Assembly (NCBI GenBank): GCA_951406725.2
Contig: OX597834.1
Location: forward strand, 41,974,001-42,038,000
Reading direction: 5' to 3'
Source of the DNA: Octopus vulgaris
Taxonomy: Eukaryota
DNA length: 64,000 bases
The first letter of the stretch is position 1; each line of letters begins with the position of its first letter. The notes under the pieces were generated by a model, which was not told where the DNA came from, ran no database searches, and saw nothing but the letters and a program-made list of their open reading frames with translations. Positions 13,614 through 25,730 of this stretch are shown here, in pieces. The position numbers and the translations under genes are program-made.

Positions 13614-14791
13614 TATTTAATGAGGCATCTGCAAGAGAAATATTCTGCTAAGAGTAAATCACTTTTTCTGGCACTCATTGCCTTCCAGAAAACCTTTGAA
13701 AGTGTGCTGAGACCCCCCTTCGGGCATGACTGACCATGGGATTGCACCTAGAAAGTTACCCTGCCAGGTACAAGTCCAGGCAAGGTTGTTTATGGAAGAC
13801 CAGCAGTTGCTTATGCATACTGACCTCCCGTCTCCATGCCACCAGTGTTACATCCGCTTTCCATGCTAGCATGGGTTGGACAATTTGACTGAGGTCTGGC
13901 GAACCTGATGGCTGCACCAGGCTCCAAACTTGATCTGGCAGAGTTTCTACAGCTGGATGCCCTTCCTAACACCAACCACTCCGAGAGTGTAGTGGCTGCT
14001 TTTAAGTGCCACCGGCACGAAGGCCAGTCACGCAGTACTGGCAACAGCCATGGAAAAATTGTGTTTATTTTTTTTAACTTGTCACCTGCACCCCGGCACA
14101 AGTGCCAGTAAGGTGACGCTGGTAACGATCACACTCGAACGGTGCTTTTTATGTGCATGTATAATATTGGTTTCAAATCTTGGCACAAAGCAAGCAATTT
14201 TGGGGCAGGGGATTAGTCGAATATATCAACCCCAATAGTCAACTGGTATTTAGTTTATCAACCCTGAAGGAATAAAAGGCAATGACGACTTTGGTTGAAT
14301 TTGAACTCAGACTGTAAAGACAAAATGCCACTAAGCATTTTACCTGATGTGCTAATAATTTTACCTGCTCACTACCTTATACCTGAATATAGAATTGAGA
14401 AGTCTGTATGCTGTAGGTGTATACGTGCTTCTCCTAAATGCAAGGATGTGGAACATTGTGGAAGTTATATCATTATTATGGTTGTCTAGTTTCTGTGTGA
14501 AAAAGCTAATAGTGTGCAATTAGCTCACAAAATTGGGTTAGGTTGTTGAGAAAAGTGCATGTGACTTTCGAAAGACTACTGAAAAGAGGAAGAAAGTTGG
14601 CAAAAAGATGCTGCAACAGGAAAGAAAGAAAGAAAGAAAGATAATGTTTATGTTGTGAATTTTTTTCAGTTGAAGCTTGCTGCTGGTTTAATGTCAACAG
14701 TTTGTGTGTTTGGAATTATAGTTGTCTCTCCGTCTGAGAGAGGGTCTTCAAACTGAAACAGTTATATTGTAGAAAATACATTTAATAACAA

Positions 14792-15215
14792 TCTTTTCTC
14801 TCTCCAATGCCCCCGGGAGTGCTACATCATTTGTGTGATGTGGAAAATATTCCATCAATATTGCACAAATGATGCTGGCATCTGTTTTAAAATCCACTCA
14901 AGACTTGGCCCCTGGTGCTATCCGCCCACTACCAATATCAGGACACATAACAACATAATGCTACAACTACTTATTTTACCTCAACTGGTCCAGATCTCTT
15001 TAATACCAGACCAAAATACATCAAAATGGAAATGGATCCCATAAAATTCAAAAGTTCTCTGGACAAATTTCTCCAAAAATTTCCAGATCGACCTCCTCTT
15101 TACTAGAGTGGGCCATGGTGCCCCACATATGACTAAAAGATTTCACCAAGTGGTGCTATTAAGTTAGAAATGGCCTGGGCCTTTACTGGCCGAAACCTAT
15201 CAAAGTTATCAAAAT
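14792..15215 (+). mobile_element. 5'-truncated CR1-group LINE 3' end with a 27 bp target-site duplication
   Basis: Decayed reading LFSLQCPRECYIICVMWKIF...HSRLG...FKSSLDKFLQKFPDRP and a short tatcaaa repeat tail. Flanked by tattgtagaaaat(a/c)catttaataacaa at 14765-14791 and 15216-15242. Confidence 0.75.
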
Positions 15216-15671
15216 TATTGTAGAAAATCCATTTAATAACAAACAAAGCTGTTAAATTCACTTTAAATTGGATTTTGTGTTTGCTTTCCTATATTCTCAC
15301 ATGTAGGCACAAGTGTGACTGTGTGGTAAGAAGCTTGCTTCCCAAGTACATAGTTTCAGGTTCAATCCCATTACCTGGCACCTTGGGCAAATGATTTCTA
15401 CAATAGCCCCAGGCTGACATTCTACTAAGACGTTCTACCAAGTCTTGTGAAACTTGGTAGACAGTAACTAAAAGAAGCTAGTTGTTATGTTCCCCATGGC
15501 CAGATATATTTTCATAGAAGATTGGAAATAAACACTGCTAATACAACAGTGATGCTCATTTACAATGATCATGTGATGTCAAAACAAGGAGACACAAATA
15601 ACATACCCTCACATATACACACACATCTATATGTGTGTGTATGCATACATACATATATATATATATATCAT

Positions 15672-16235
15672 AGAAGGGAATATAATTCCAAAACTTACAG
15701 GGAAAAATTCAATTTAAGATTTAAAATCAAATTTCACAATATATAATATATGTATATAATTTAGAGAAAAACCTCTATTAAACACTTCAACAATGAAAGA
15801 TGTTATTCACACCATATAGAAAACATACTATAAAAAAAAAACATATTCTAAAAATCAATTAAGTACAATAAATAGTAAATAGTAGTAAAAAGACTACGCG
15901 CATTTCGTGGCTATATTTTCAAATAGATAATAATAATAAAATCAATTTGATTTTAAATTAAATCGAACTAAAATTAATTCTATTTAAAAATATAGTCACT
16001 CATCAGGTCTAAGATAATAAATAATAAAAAGTAATTATAGAATAAATGTACTTATATTAACTTATACTAATTATCAAATAAATATATAAAAAAATATGTG
16101 TATTATCTATAAATAATCGAAAATAAAAATATAACTTATGTTATTGAAGGATTTTCGTTAACTATATGGTGTGAATAATATCTTTCTTTATTGAATTATT
16201 TAATAGAGGTTTTTCTCGAAATTATATACATACAT
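15672..16235 (-). mobile_element. AT-rich non-coding Penelope-like terminal repeat element with a partial inverted copy
   Basis: ~15745-15820 is the reverse complement of ~16161-16235. The same family occurs at ~21940-22011 and 46322-46640. It contains a hammerhead motif. Confidence 0.65.
15891..16010 (-). ncRNA. Type I hammerhead ribozyme motif with long stem II
   Basis: - strand: agac CUGAUGA gugacuauauuuuuaaauaga...ucuauuugaaaauauagccac GAAA u gcgc g UA | gucu. Core intact, stems I and II pair, palindromic loop III. Confidence 0.75.
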
Positions 16236-16727
16236 ATATAAGCGAAACAGTCAAGCACTGAGATATGAAATCAGATGTCACTACTGTTCATATCATCTGT
16301 GGATAAATTTTAAAACTGATATCACCAGCAGTGACATAGGTGGATTGCAGGCGCAATAACATTAAATAACTATGAATTTTAAGGTGCCAAGCTGTATCGG
16401 CCCCTTTGCCTTTCCCTTGGATAACACTTGTAGCGTAGAGAGGGGAGGCCAGTATGCATGGGCGACTGCTGGTCTTCCATAAACAACCTTGCCTGGACTT
16501 GTGCCTGAGAGGGTAACTTTCTAGGTGCAATCCTACGGTCAGTCATGACCGAAGGGGGTCTCAATATATATATATATATATCATCATCATCATCATCGTC
16601 GTTTAACGTCCGTTCTCCATGCTAGCATGGGTTGGACGGTTCGACCGGGGTTCTGGGAAGCCAGAAGGCTGCACCAGGCTCCAGTCTAATCTGGCTATGT
16701 TTCTACAGCTGGATGCCCTTCCTAACG

Positions 16728-16771
<44 letters not shown>

Positions 16772-16853
16772 GTCAATAAAACATATATCAGGAAATAAGC
16801 ACACTCAAAAGAATAGAGCAGTAATTATTAAAACCAAAATTTTAATTCTGGTC

Positions 16854-16919
16854 ATAGAGTTACCAAAGGTTTTGCGTTCATGAAGGCCACAGCCTTATGG
16901 ACAGCTCGTCAGACTCTAT
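16854..16919 (-). ncRNA. Degenerate type I hammerhead motif (GAAA read as AAAA)
   Basis: - strand: auagagu CUGACGA gcuguccauaaggcuguggccuucaugaacgc AAAA cc uuu gg UA | acucuau. 7 bp stem I and a paired stem III. Confidence 0.6.
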
Positions 16920-17579
16920 ACAAAAACAAAAAAAATTAAACTTTCTACCAAGTTTGTATGATTGTGTATGGAAGGATATACTAATCAGAGAAATTACAAC
17001 CTAGTCTGACTTTCACGGTTTATTATGTATAACTTTTACAGTTTGACAATATTATTAATAACAGAATATTATATATTTATTGTGATAAGATTAGTATTTA
17101 TGTGTCTTACACAATCATCAGGTTTATGTAGTAGTAGTATTAGTAGTAGTAGTAGTAGTTGTAGTGACACTTGTGTTCCACAATTGACAACAGTTGTCAC
17201 TCGCGGAGCATTGTTATAATATTGTAAAGCTGTAAAACTTGTAAATAATAAAATGTGAAAATCAGGCTATGTTGGAATTTTAATTTGATATATATATGCC
17301 ATCATCGGTTGTCAAGCGATGTTGAGGGGGGAGGGGCAAATACTGACACACACATATATTTATATATATGTATATATATATATATATATGATGGGCTTCT
17401 TTCAGTTTCCATCTACCAAATCCACTCACAAGGCTTTGGTCGGCTTGAGGCTATAATAGAAGACACTTGCCCAAGGAACCATGCAGTAGGACTGCACCCA
17501 GAACTATGTGGTTGGTAAGCAAGCTACTTACCACACAGCCACTCCTTTCATTAAAAAGCAGCTAAAATGTCACAAAAAC

Positions 17580-17942
17580 TGTTACTTCATGAACTACCTG
17601 ATTTACAATGTGGGTGACAAGACCATAACCCACACCACCAGATATTCTAAGCATCTCAGCAGTGATTCCTGATGGGCCGGGGGCTTTTCCTGACTTCATC
17701 TCCTTAATTGCTTTATCTACCAGGGTGCTCTTGATTCGGGCTGCTGGTCCCTCGACTGAGTCAACATTTGGCAGGCTCTCCTCCTCCCATTCATTCTCCA
17801 CAATCAGCAGCCTTTCATATTGGCATCTCCAAGCTTGTTTCTTTGCAGAATCATTAAATGCAAGGGCAACATCATCCATGCGGACACCTTTCTCTCCTAA
17901 GACATCACAGTCGTCTCTCACACTCTGCCTTGCAATCCGAAT
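17580..17942 (-). mobile_element. RTE-like LINE fragment (region just upstream of the RT domain), left palindrome arm
   Basis: ...ERLLIVENEW...VDKAIKEMKSGKAPGPSGITAEMLR... contains the KAPGPxG motif of non-LTR reverse transcriptases. Confidence 0.75.
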
Positions 17943-18020
17943 TATTTTAGTTCTATCTGTATGTATATCTATATGTATATATATATATATATATATTTTA
18001 GTTCTATCTGTATGTATATC

Positions 18021-18058
<38 letters not shown>

Positions 18059-18084
18059 GATATACATACAGATAGAACTAAAAT

Positions 18085-18448
18085 AATTCGGATTGCAAGG
18101 CAGAGTGTGAGAGACGACTGTGATGTCTTAGGAGAGAAAGGTGTCCGCATGGATGATGTTGCCCTTGCATTTAATGATTCTGCAAAGAAACAAGCTTGGA
18201 GATGCCAATATGAAAGGCTGCTGATTGTGGAGAATGAATGGGAGGAGGAGAGCCTGCCAAATGTTGACTCAGTCGAGGGACCAGCAGCCCGAATCAAGAG
18301 CACCCTGGTAGATAAAGCAATTAAGGAGATGAAGTCAGGAAAAGCCCCCGGCCCATCAGGAATCACTGCTGAGATGCTTAGAATATCTGGTGGTGTGGGT
18401 TATGGTCTTGTCACCCACATTGTAAATCAGGTAGTTCATGAAGTAACA
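18085..18448 (+). mobile_element. RTE-like LINE fragment, right palindrome arm
   Basis: Mirror copy of 17580-17942. Confidence 0.75.
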
Positions 18449-19041
18449 GTTTTTGTGACATTTTAGCTGCTTTTTAATGAAAGGAGTGGCTGTGTGGTAA
18501 GTAGCTTGCTTACCAACCACATAGTTCCGGGTGCAGTCCTACTGCATGGTTCCTTGGGCAAGTGTCTTCTATTATAGCCTCAAGCCGACCAAAGCCTTGT
18601 GAGTGGATTTGGTAGATGGAAACTGAAAGAAGCCCATCATATATATATATATACATATATATAAATATATGTGTGTGTCAGTGTTTGTACCCCCCCCCCC
18701 CCCTCAACATCGCTTGACAACCGATGATGGCATATATATATCAAATTAAAATTCCAACATAGCCTGATTTTCACATTTTATTATTTACAAGTTTTACAGC
18801 TTTACAATATTATAACAATGCTCCGCGAGTGACAACTGTTGTCAATGTGGAACACAAGTGTCACTACTACTACTACTACTACTACTACTCGCTTAGCCAG
18901 CGGGGTGGCGCCATCCGAAGGCTGAAACAATGCGAACGCATTGTGACCAGCGATGTATAACTACATCTGATGGACTGGTCGGTTACATGATCACGTGATA
19001 TATACATATATATACATATATATATATATATACACACACAC

Positions 19042-19097
<56 letters not shown>

Positions 19098-19185
19098 GTG
19101 TGTTTGTATATGTATATATATATATGTATATATATATTATGTGTGTGTGTATATGTATATATATATATGTATATATATGTATATA

Positions 19186-19479
19186 TCACGTGATCATGTA
19201 ACCGACCAGTCCATCAGATGTAGTTATACATCGCTGGTCACAATGCGCTTCGCATTGTTTCAGCCTTCGGATGGCGCCACCCCGCTGGCTAAGCAAGCAG
19301 GCCAACAGAAGAAAGAGAGAGAGAAAGAGTACAGCAGGAATCACCACCCCCTGCCAGAGCCTGGTGGAGCTTTTAGGTGTTTTCGCTCAATAAACACTCA
19401 CAACGCCTGGTCTGGGAATCGAAACCGTGATCCTGCGACCGCGAGTCCGCTGCCCTAACGACTAGGCCATTGCGCCTCC
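19186..19479 (-). mobile_element. tRNA-derived SINE (family C-like head, different tail)
   Basis: - strand head tggaggcgcaatggcctagtcgttagggcagcggactcgcgg...ggtttcgattccc. Its 3' ~110 bp is duplicated in inverted orientation at 18891-19000. Confidence 0.8.
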
Positions 19480-19532
19480 ATATGTATATATATATGTATA
19501 TATATATATACGTGTATATATATAAGTATATA

Positions 19533-19573
<41 letters not shown>

Positions 19574-19576
19574 CTG

Positions 19577-19686
<110 letters not shown>

Positions 19687-20032
19687 TGTATGTATATATA
19701 TGAAACAATTAGTACTTTTAGTACTTTTGAAACAACTGTGTATTCCTTTGTTCCTTTTGTTTCAGTTTGTGGTCGTGCTAAGCTCAACAGAGCCAAGAGC
19801 GTTTATTAAACAACAAGTAGGTCACTCACACCATTCAACTACATAAACATATTTCATGGAAAAGATTAGAATTAATGACAAACTTTGTGTGCGAAACGTT
19901 TGTATTGTACATTTTCATCAATTTCGACACAAACAATATTCAAGTTGACCCCCCCCCCACCAAAAAATCCTTTTGTTAAAAATCTAGTTTGTTTTTAAAA
20001 AATCTAGTTCTTTGATATTAAAACAAAATATG

Positions 20033-20420
20033 TGGAGGCGCAATGGCCCAATGGTTAGGGCAGCGGACTCGCGGTCATAGGATCGCGGTTTCGATTCCCA
20101 GACCGGGCGTTGTGAGTGTTTATTGAGCGAAAACACCTAAAAGCTCCACGAGGCTCCGGCAAGGGATGGTGGTGATCCCTGCTGTACTCTTTCACCACAG
20201 CTTTCTCTCACTCTTACTTCCTGCTTCTGTTGTACCTGTATTTCAAGGGGCCGGCCTTGTCACTCTCTGTGTCACGCTGAATATCCCCGAGAACTACATT
20301 AAGGGTACACGTGTCTGTGGAGTGCTCAGCCACTTACACGTTAATTTCACGAGCAGGCTGTTCCGTTGATTCGGATCAACCGGAACCCTCGTCGTCGTAA
20401 CCGACGGAGTGCTTCCATTA
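20033..20420 (+). mobile_element. tRNA-derived SINE (family C-like head, third type of tail)
   Basis: Head tggaggcgcaatggcccaatggttagggcagcggactcgcgg with A and B boxes. CpG-rich and apparently young. Confidence 0.8.
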
Positions 20421-20491
20421 TTATTAAAACAAAGTATGGATGCATGTGTGTGCCTGTGCATTAGTATGCATGTACGAATATGTGTAAGTGT

Positions 20492-20537
<46 letters not shown>

Positions 20538-20942
20538 GGTTTTGAAGAAAAGAGCTTCCTAGTTTGTGTTCTCAGTTCACACTCGAACCAGTCGAAATTC
20601 TGTGTCAGTTTATTTCTGATCTCGACAAAAATAACCATTTCACAAATGCTGGAATTATATTTTATCTAACCAATATATGACAGGCTTCTTTCAGTTTCCG
20701 TCTACCGAATCCACTCACAAGGCTTTGATCAGCCCGAGGCTATAGAAGAAGACACTTGCCCAAACTGTCACACAGTGGGACTGAACCCAGAACCATGCAG
20801 CTGGCAGTTGGTAAGCAAGTGACTTACCACACAGCCACTCCTGTGCCTATCACAACCACTCCTGTGCCTGCATATATGTATATACATAAAAAAAATTACT
20901 CCAAATCATAAAGTCTAACCAAATAATGATATTTGGCAATCA

Positions 20943-21003
20943 TTTAATACGCACATTTCAGGTTTGCATAATGCATCCATTACGTAAACCGTCCTCAGTT
21001 AAA
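20943..21003 (-). ncRNA. Partly decayed type I hammerhead motif
   Basis: - strand: uuuaa CUGAGGA c gguuuacguaaug gaug cauuaugcaaacc u GAAA u gugc g UA | uuaaa. Stem II is 13 bp with one mismatch and stem I is 5 bp. Confidence 0.6.
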
Positions 21004-21460
21004 ATATAATAATCATATTCAGCTGAATTAATCCCGATTGTTGTTAACACCATTTAGCAAAATCTTGGAGCTATAGATAAACAGATCAATGATTGTTTTT
21101 AAATTGCTATTTCTTATTGACCAACAATACATACAGCTTCTAAAGATCATTAAGGTTGTAGCCATCTTATAAGAGAACCACCCATATTTGTTTTGCACAA
21201 TGAGAAATATAAACCTGTGTTAGAATGAAATAGTCAATTATGAACTGATGTGAATGAAGCTTGTTACAAATAGATGTAATGGAACGGAATCACGAGTCAG
21301 TTATTTGTTTCTATTGGTTCATTGATATGACGCTTACCATTTCTGTTTATATATATATGTGTGTAGATATATAAGTATATATGTGTGTGTGTATATATAT
21401 ATATATAACGCTTACCATTTCTGTTTATGAATATCGTACATATTTTCTAATTTATATTAC

Positions 21461-21686
21461 TCTTTACTCTTTACTCTCTTTTACTTGTTTCAGTCATTTG
21501 ACTGCGGCCATGCTGGAGCACCACTTTTAATCGAGCAACTCGACCCCGGGACTTATTCTTTTGTAAGCCCGGTACTTATTGTAACGGTCTCTTTTGCAGA
21601 ACCGCTAAGTAACGGGGACACAAACACACCAGCATCGGTTTTCAAGCAATGCTAGGGAGACAAACACAGACACACAAACACACACA

Positions 21687-21724
<38 letters not shown>

Positions 21725-21898
21725 TACGACGGGCTTCTTTCAGTTTCCGTCTACCAAGTCCACTCACAAGGATTAGTAGAAAACACTTGCCCAAGGCTAT
21801 AGTAGAAGACACTTGCCCAAGGTGCCACGCAGTGGGACTGAACCCGGAACCATGTGGTTGGTAAACAAGCTACTTACCACACAGCCACTCCTGCGCCT
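21461..21898 (-). mobile_element. SINE family A, full length
   Basis: Reverse-complement copy ending at cacagccactcctgcgcc. Confidence 0.85.
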
Positions 21899-22981
21899 AT
21901 ATATATATATAATATATAATATATATAATATTATATATTATATTCTGTGAAATTTGATTTAGTATTTCTAAATTGAATTTTTCCCTGTAAGTTTGGAATA
22001 ATATTCCCTTCCACTCAGTTTCCATCTATTAAACTACACACTCACAAGGCATTGGCGAAACCAGGGCTATTGTAGAAGTGTAGAAGACACTTGCCTGAGA
22101 TGCTGTGTAAAGGAACCAAATTGTATGCCACATGGTTGCAAAGTGAGATTCTTCACGACGCATCCATGCTTATGCCTACAAAATCGGGAATTATTTCAAC
22201 AATCTTACTAAAATATCTGTGCATATGTTGGAGAAAAATCTAGGCAAACCTAGGAGATATAATGTATGTTTTTTACAGATGTTGTTTGCTTCGTAGAAAA
22301 AAATTGATTTTTCTCAGGTCAGTTATGTTTCGTTTTGTATGTGATGATCATCAATCTAGGTCTATTTAAAATAGCCATACTCAATGGATTGTAGCTAACC
22401 TACATTACATATTCAACTGCATGCTTGGGTGTGAGTGCATGTGTCCACAAATATGTGTGCGCGCGCATTGTGTGTGTGTATGTGTGAGAGAGAGAGAAAG
22501 TGTGTGTGTTTGTACATGCTTCAAATATCAAACCTAATACAAGCATATTTTTCATGCTCCATTTTTTTTGAATGAAAGATTATGACGTATCCAGAAGTAT
22601 ATACAATAAATATATGCGTATAATCTTACATATTAGTATACATGTCTGCCCCGCCCCACGGACACACACACACGTACAAAGTAATGAGATTACTGTATTA
22701 TTATTTGATAATATGATTTCTGATTCAGACACGAGGCCAACAATTCTGAGGAGAATTTCTTTTCTGCCCACAAGGGGCTAAACTCAGAGGGGACAAACAA
22801 GGACAGACAAACGGATTAAGTCAATTACATTGACCCCAGTGCATAACTGGTACTTAATTTATCGACCTCGAAAGGATGAAAGGCAAAGTCGACCTCGGCA
22901 GAATTTGAACTCAGAACGTAACGGCACACCAGCATCGGTTGTCAAGCGATGCTGGAGGGACAAACACAGACACACAAACAT

Positions 22982-23016
<35 letters not shown>

Positions 23017-23522
23017 CATATATACGACGGGCTTCTTTCAGTTTCCGTCTACCAAATCCACTCACAAGGCTTTGGTTAGCTCGAGGCTATAGTAGAAGAC
23101 ACTTGCTCGAGGTGCTACGCAGTGAGACTGAACCCGGAACCATGTGGTTGGTAAGCAAGCTACTTACCACACAGCCACTCCTATATATTTATATATATTT
23201 ATATAGTATTATTTCAAAGTAAAGCTGAATAATCATTTGATAATTTGATAATGTTATCATATAGCTACTTATGTTGGGGTATAATTATATAAATGTGTGT
23301 GTGTGTGTGTGTGTATGAGTGTGTGTATGAGTTGTGTGTATGAGTGTGTGTGTGTGTTTGTGTGTAATATAGATATGCACAAATGTTCTTGTCCTATAAT
23401 TGTGTGTCAATTCAAGTTATTCTTAATATATTTGTGTGTATTTTTGTCTTTTTGTCTTTGTATGTGTGAGCATGCATGCAGATATGAACGTCCACGTGCA
23501 TGTGTGTGTCTGTGTGTATATC

Positions 23523-23618
<96 letters not shown>

Positions 23619-23621
23619 GAA

Positions 23622-23847
23622 GGCGGCGAGCTGGCAGAAATGTTAACATGCCGGTCGAAATGCTTAGCGGTATTTTGTCTGTCATTACGTTCTGAGTTCA
23701 AATTCCGCCGAGGTCGACTTTGCCTTTCATCCTTTCGAGGTCGATAAATAAAGTACCAGTTTCGCACTTGCGTCGATGTAATCGACTTAATCCGTTTGTC
23801 TGTCCTTGTTTGTCCCCTTTATGTTTAGCCCCTGGTGGGCAGTAAAG

Positions 23848-23848
<1 letters not shown>
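23622..23848 (+). mobile_element. SINE family B (Nin/Deu-like core)
   Basis: Head ggcggcgagctggcagaa...gagttcaaattcc, core gactttgcctttcatcctttcg.ggtcgataaa..agtaccag, tail tagcccc.ggtgggcagtaaag. Confidence 0.8.
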
Positions 23849-23909
<61 letters not shown>

Positions 23910-24562
23910 GTGTGCGTGTGCGTATATATATATTGTGAGAGAGAGTATGTGTGTTTGTGTGTGTGTGTTTGTAAGTCCAATAAGAACAACAACGAAAAAA
24001 CTTCTACTACCACAACCACTGTAGCCATTGTTGCTTACGTAAGTACCCCTTTCTGGAATGTACCTTGACCCTAGTATTGACAACAGTTGTTGCCATAAGC
24101 TAATGACAGAATAATTATGTGATCTCCTTGATCTACTTGATACAACAGCCAAATCTTCTTTAAATGACACCATAGTGTCATAGAGAAAATAAATGATAAC
24201 ACTGGATAATGAGGTCCTGGGTTTCAAGCATATGAAACCCAGTGCTAAGCAATTCCTCCTTTAGCCCTTTATTTCCTACGGATCATAGGCTTTCATTGAA
24301 TTCTCCAGTGTTTAAATCTCTGGATTGTCTTTTCTGCCTGCCTTCTGTTAGAGCCCTGCTTTTTTGGCTGTGCCTCAGTATCCCACGTCCAGCTATATAT
24401 TTTTTTTCTAGGCCATCTTCTTGTCTACCTGTCTTGAGGCTTCCAGGTCAGGGCCTGATGTGTAACACAAGATCCTGATTTCCTCAAGTTGTAGCCTCTT
24501 CTTGGATTTAGCTGCATGGCATTATATGTTTCCTTGAAAGAAGGCCCCCATCTCCCAAATCA

Positions 24563-24853
24563 TATTCACCAGATATTGCTCCTTCGGATTTCCGCTTATT
24601 CAGGTCTCTGCAGAATAGTCTTAATGGTAAAAATTTCAATTCCTTGGATGACGTAAAAAGATACCTTGATGAATTCTTTGCCATAAAACCACCTCAATTC
24701 TGGGAAGAGGGTATTTTCAAGTTAAAGGAAAGATGGAGATGCATTGTGCAACAAAATGGTTCATATTTGGTTGATTAAAAATGTAATGGCAAGTATTTAT
24801 TGACCTTTTTCTTTCCTTTAAAAATCAGCAAGAACTTTCCCGACAACCCAATA
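24563..24853 (+). mobile_element. mariner transposon 3' fragment (transposase C-terminus plus TIR)
   Basis: Reads YSPDIAPSDFRLFRSLQNSLNGKNFNSLDDVKRYLDEFFAIKPPQFWEEGIFKLKERWRCIVQQNGSYLVD* (stop 24776-24778), followed by TIR gaactttcccgacaacccaaTA. Confidence 0.9.
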
Positions 24854-25310
24854 TTTTTATATATTGGGACACTTACATCTATAGTACTGAGAGTTTGCAT
24901 ATTTATTCTTTATATGTTTTAGAAGATTCAAATGCAAATATGCTGATCACTGTTGTGTATGTCACAGTACAACTTCTCCCTTTCACAATGACAGTGTGCT
25001 TGTAACACACTAGGTTTATTGGTGCAAAGGATTCTAGGACAGCAGTGTTTCAGCATGTCGTGTCATGTCAGCCAGAAGTACTCAGGGCTTTAAACCTAAG
25101 CAAAACCTGCTTTTATTTTATAAGTTCATTGATCAAAATTGTTTGCTCATCAATGCTTCTATCTGTCGACTGATAAATCAATATTTATGCCAAATGCACC
25201 AGGATCTGATGATGATTTGCATATTTTATTTGCATGATATGTTATGTATTTTTTTTTAATTATTTTGAAGTGATGAAGCATGATTTTAGAAAGATTTGTC
25301 TATTAATTTT

Positions 25311-25682
25311 AGTAGCTTGCTTACGAGCCACATGGTTCCGGGTTCAGTCCCACTGTGTGGCACCTTGGGCAAGTGTCTTCTACTATAGCCTCGGGCCGAC
25401 CAAAGCCTTGTGAGTGGATTTGGTAGATGGAAACTGAAAGAATCCTGTTGTATATATGTACAAGTATATGTATGTGTGTGTATATGTTTGTGTGTCTGTG
25501 CATCGCTTGACAACTGATGCTGGTGTGTTTACATCCCCATAACTTAGCGGTTCAGCAAAAGAGACCAATAGAATAAGTAGTAGGCTTACAGAGAATAAGT
25601 CCTGGGTTCGATTTGCTCAACTAAAAGGTGGTGCTACAGCATGGCCACAGTCAAATGACTGAAACAAGTAAAAGAGTAAAAG
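25311..25682 (+). mobile_element. SINE family A, 5'-clipped
   Basis: Matches the other family A copies. Confidence 0.8.
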
Positions 25683-25730
25683 TGACTGAACAATGATAAA
25701 ACCCTGAGTTCCAACCACTTAGGAAAAAGA

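Larger units (their letters stand above)
17161..18868. repeat. Large near-perfect inverted repeat (arms ~830 bp) centred on (TA)n
   Basis: Identical ORF translations on opposite strands (17562-17921 - and 18107-18466 +). The flanking SINE and unique sequence are mirrored as well. Confidence 0.95.

Noticed and set aside
14731-14766. Possible hammerhead relic (CTGAGAGA...GAAACAGTTA) on the + strand
   Set aside because: Core spacing is wrong and stems I and II do not pair convincingly.
17085-17127. - strand CTGATGA followed by a small hairpin
   Set aside because: It has TAAA in place of GAAA and stem I does not pair.
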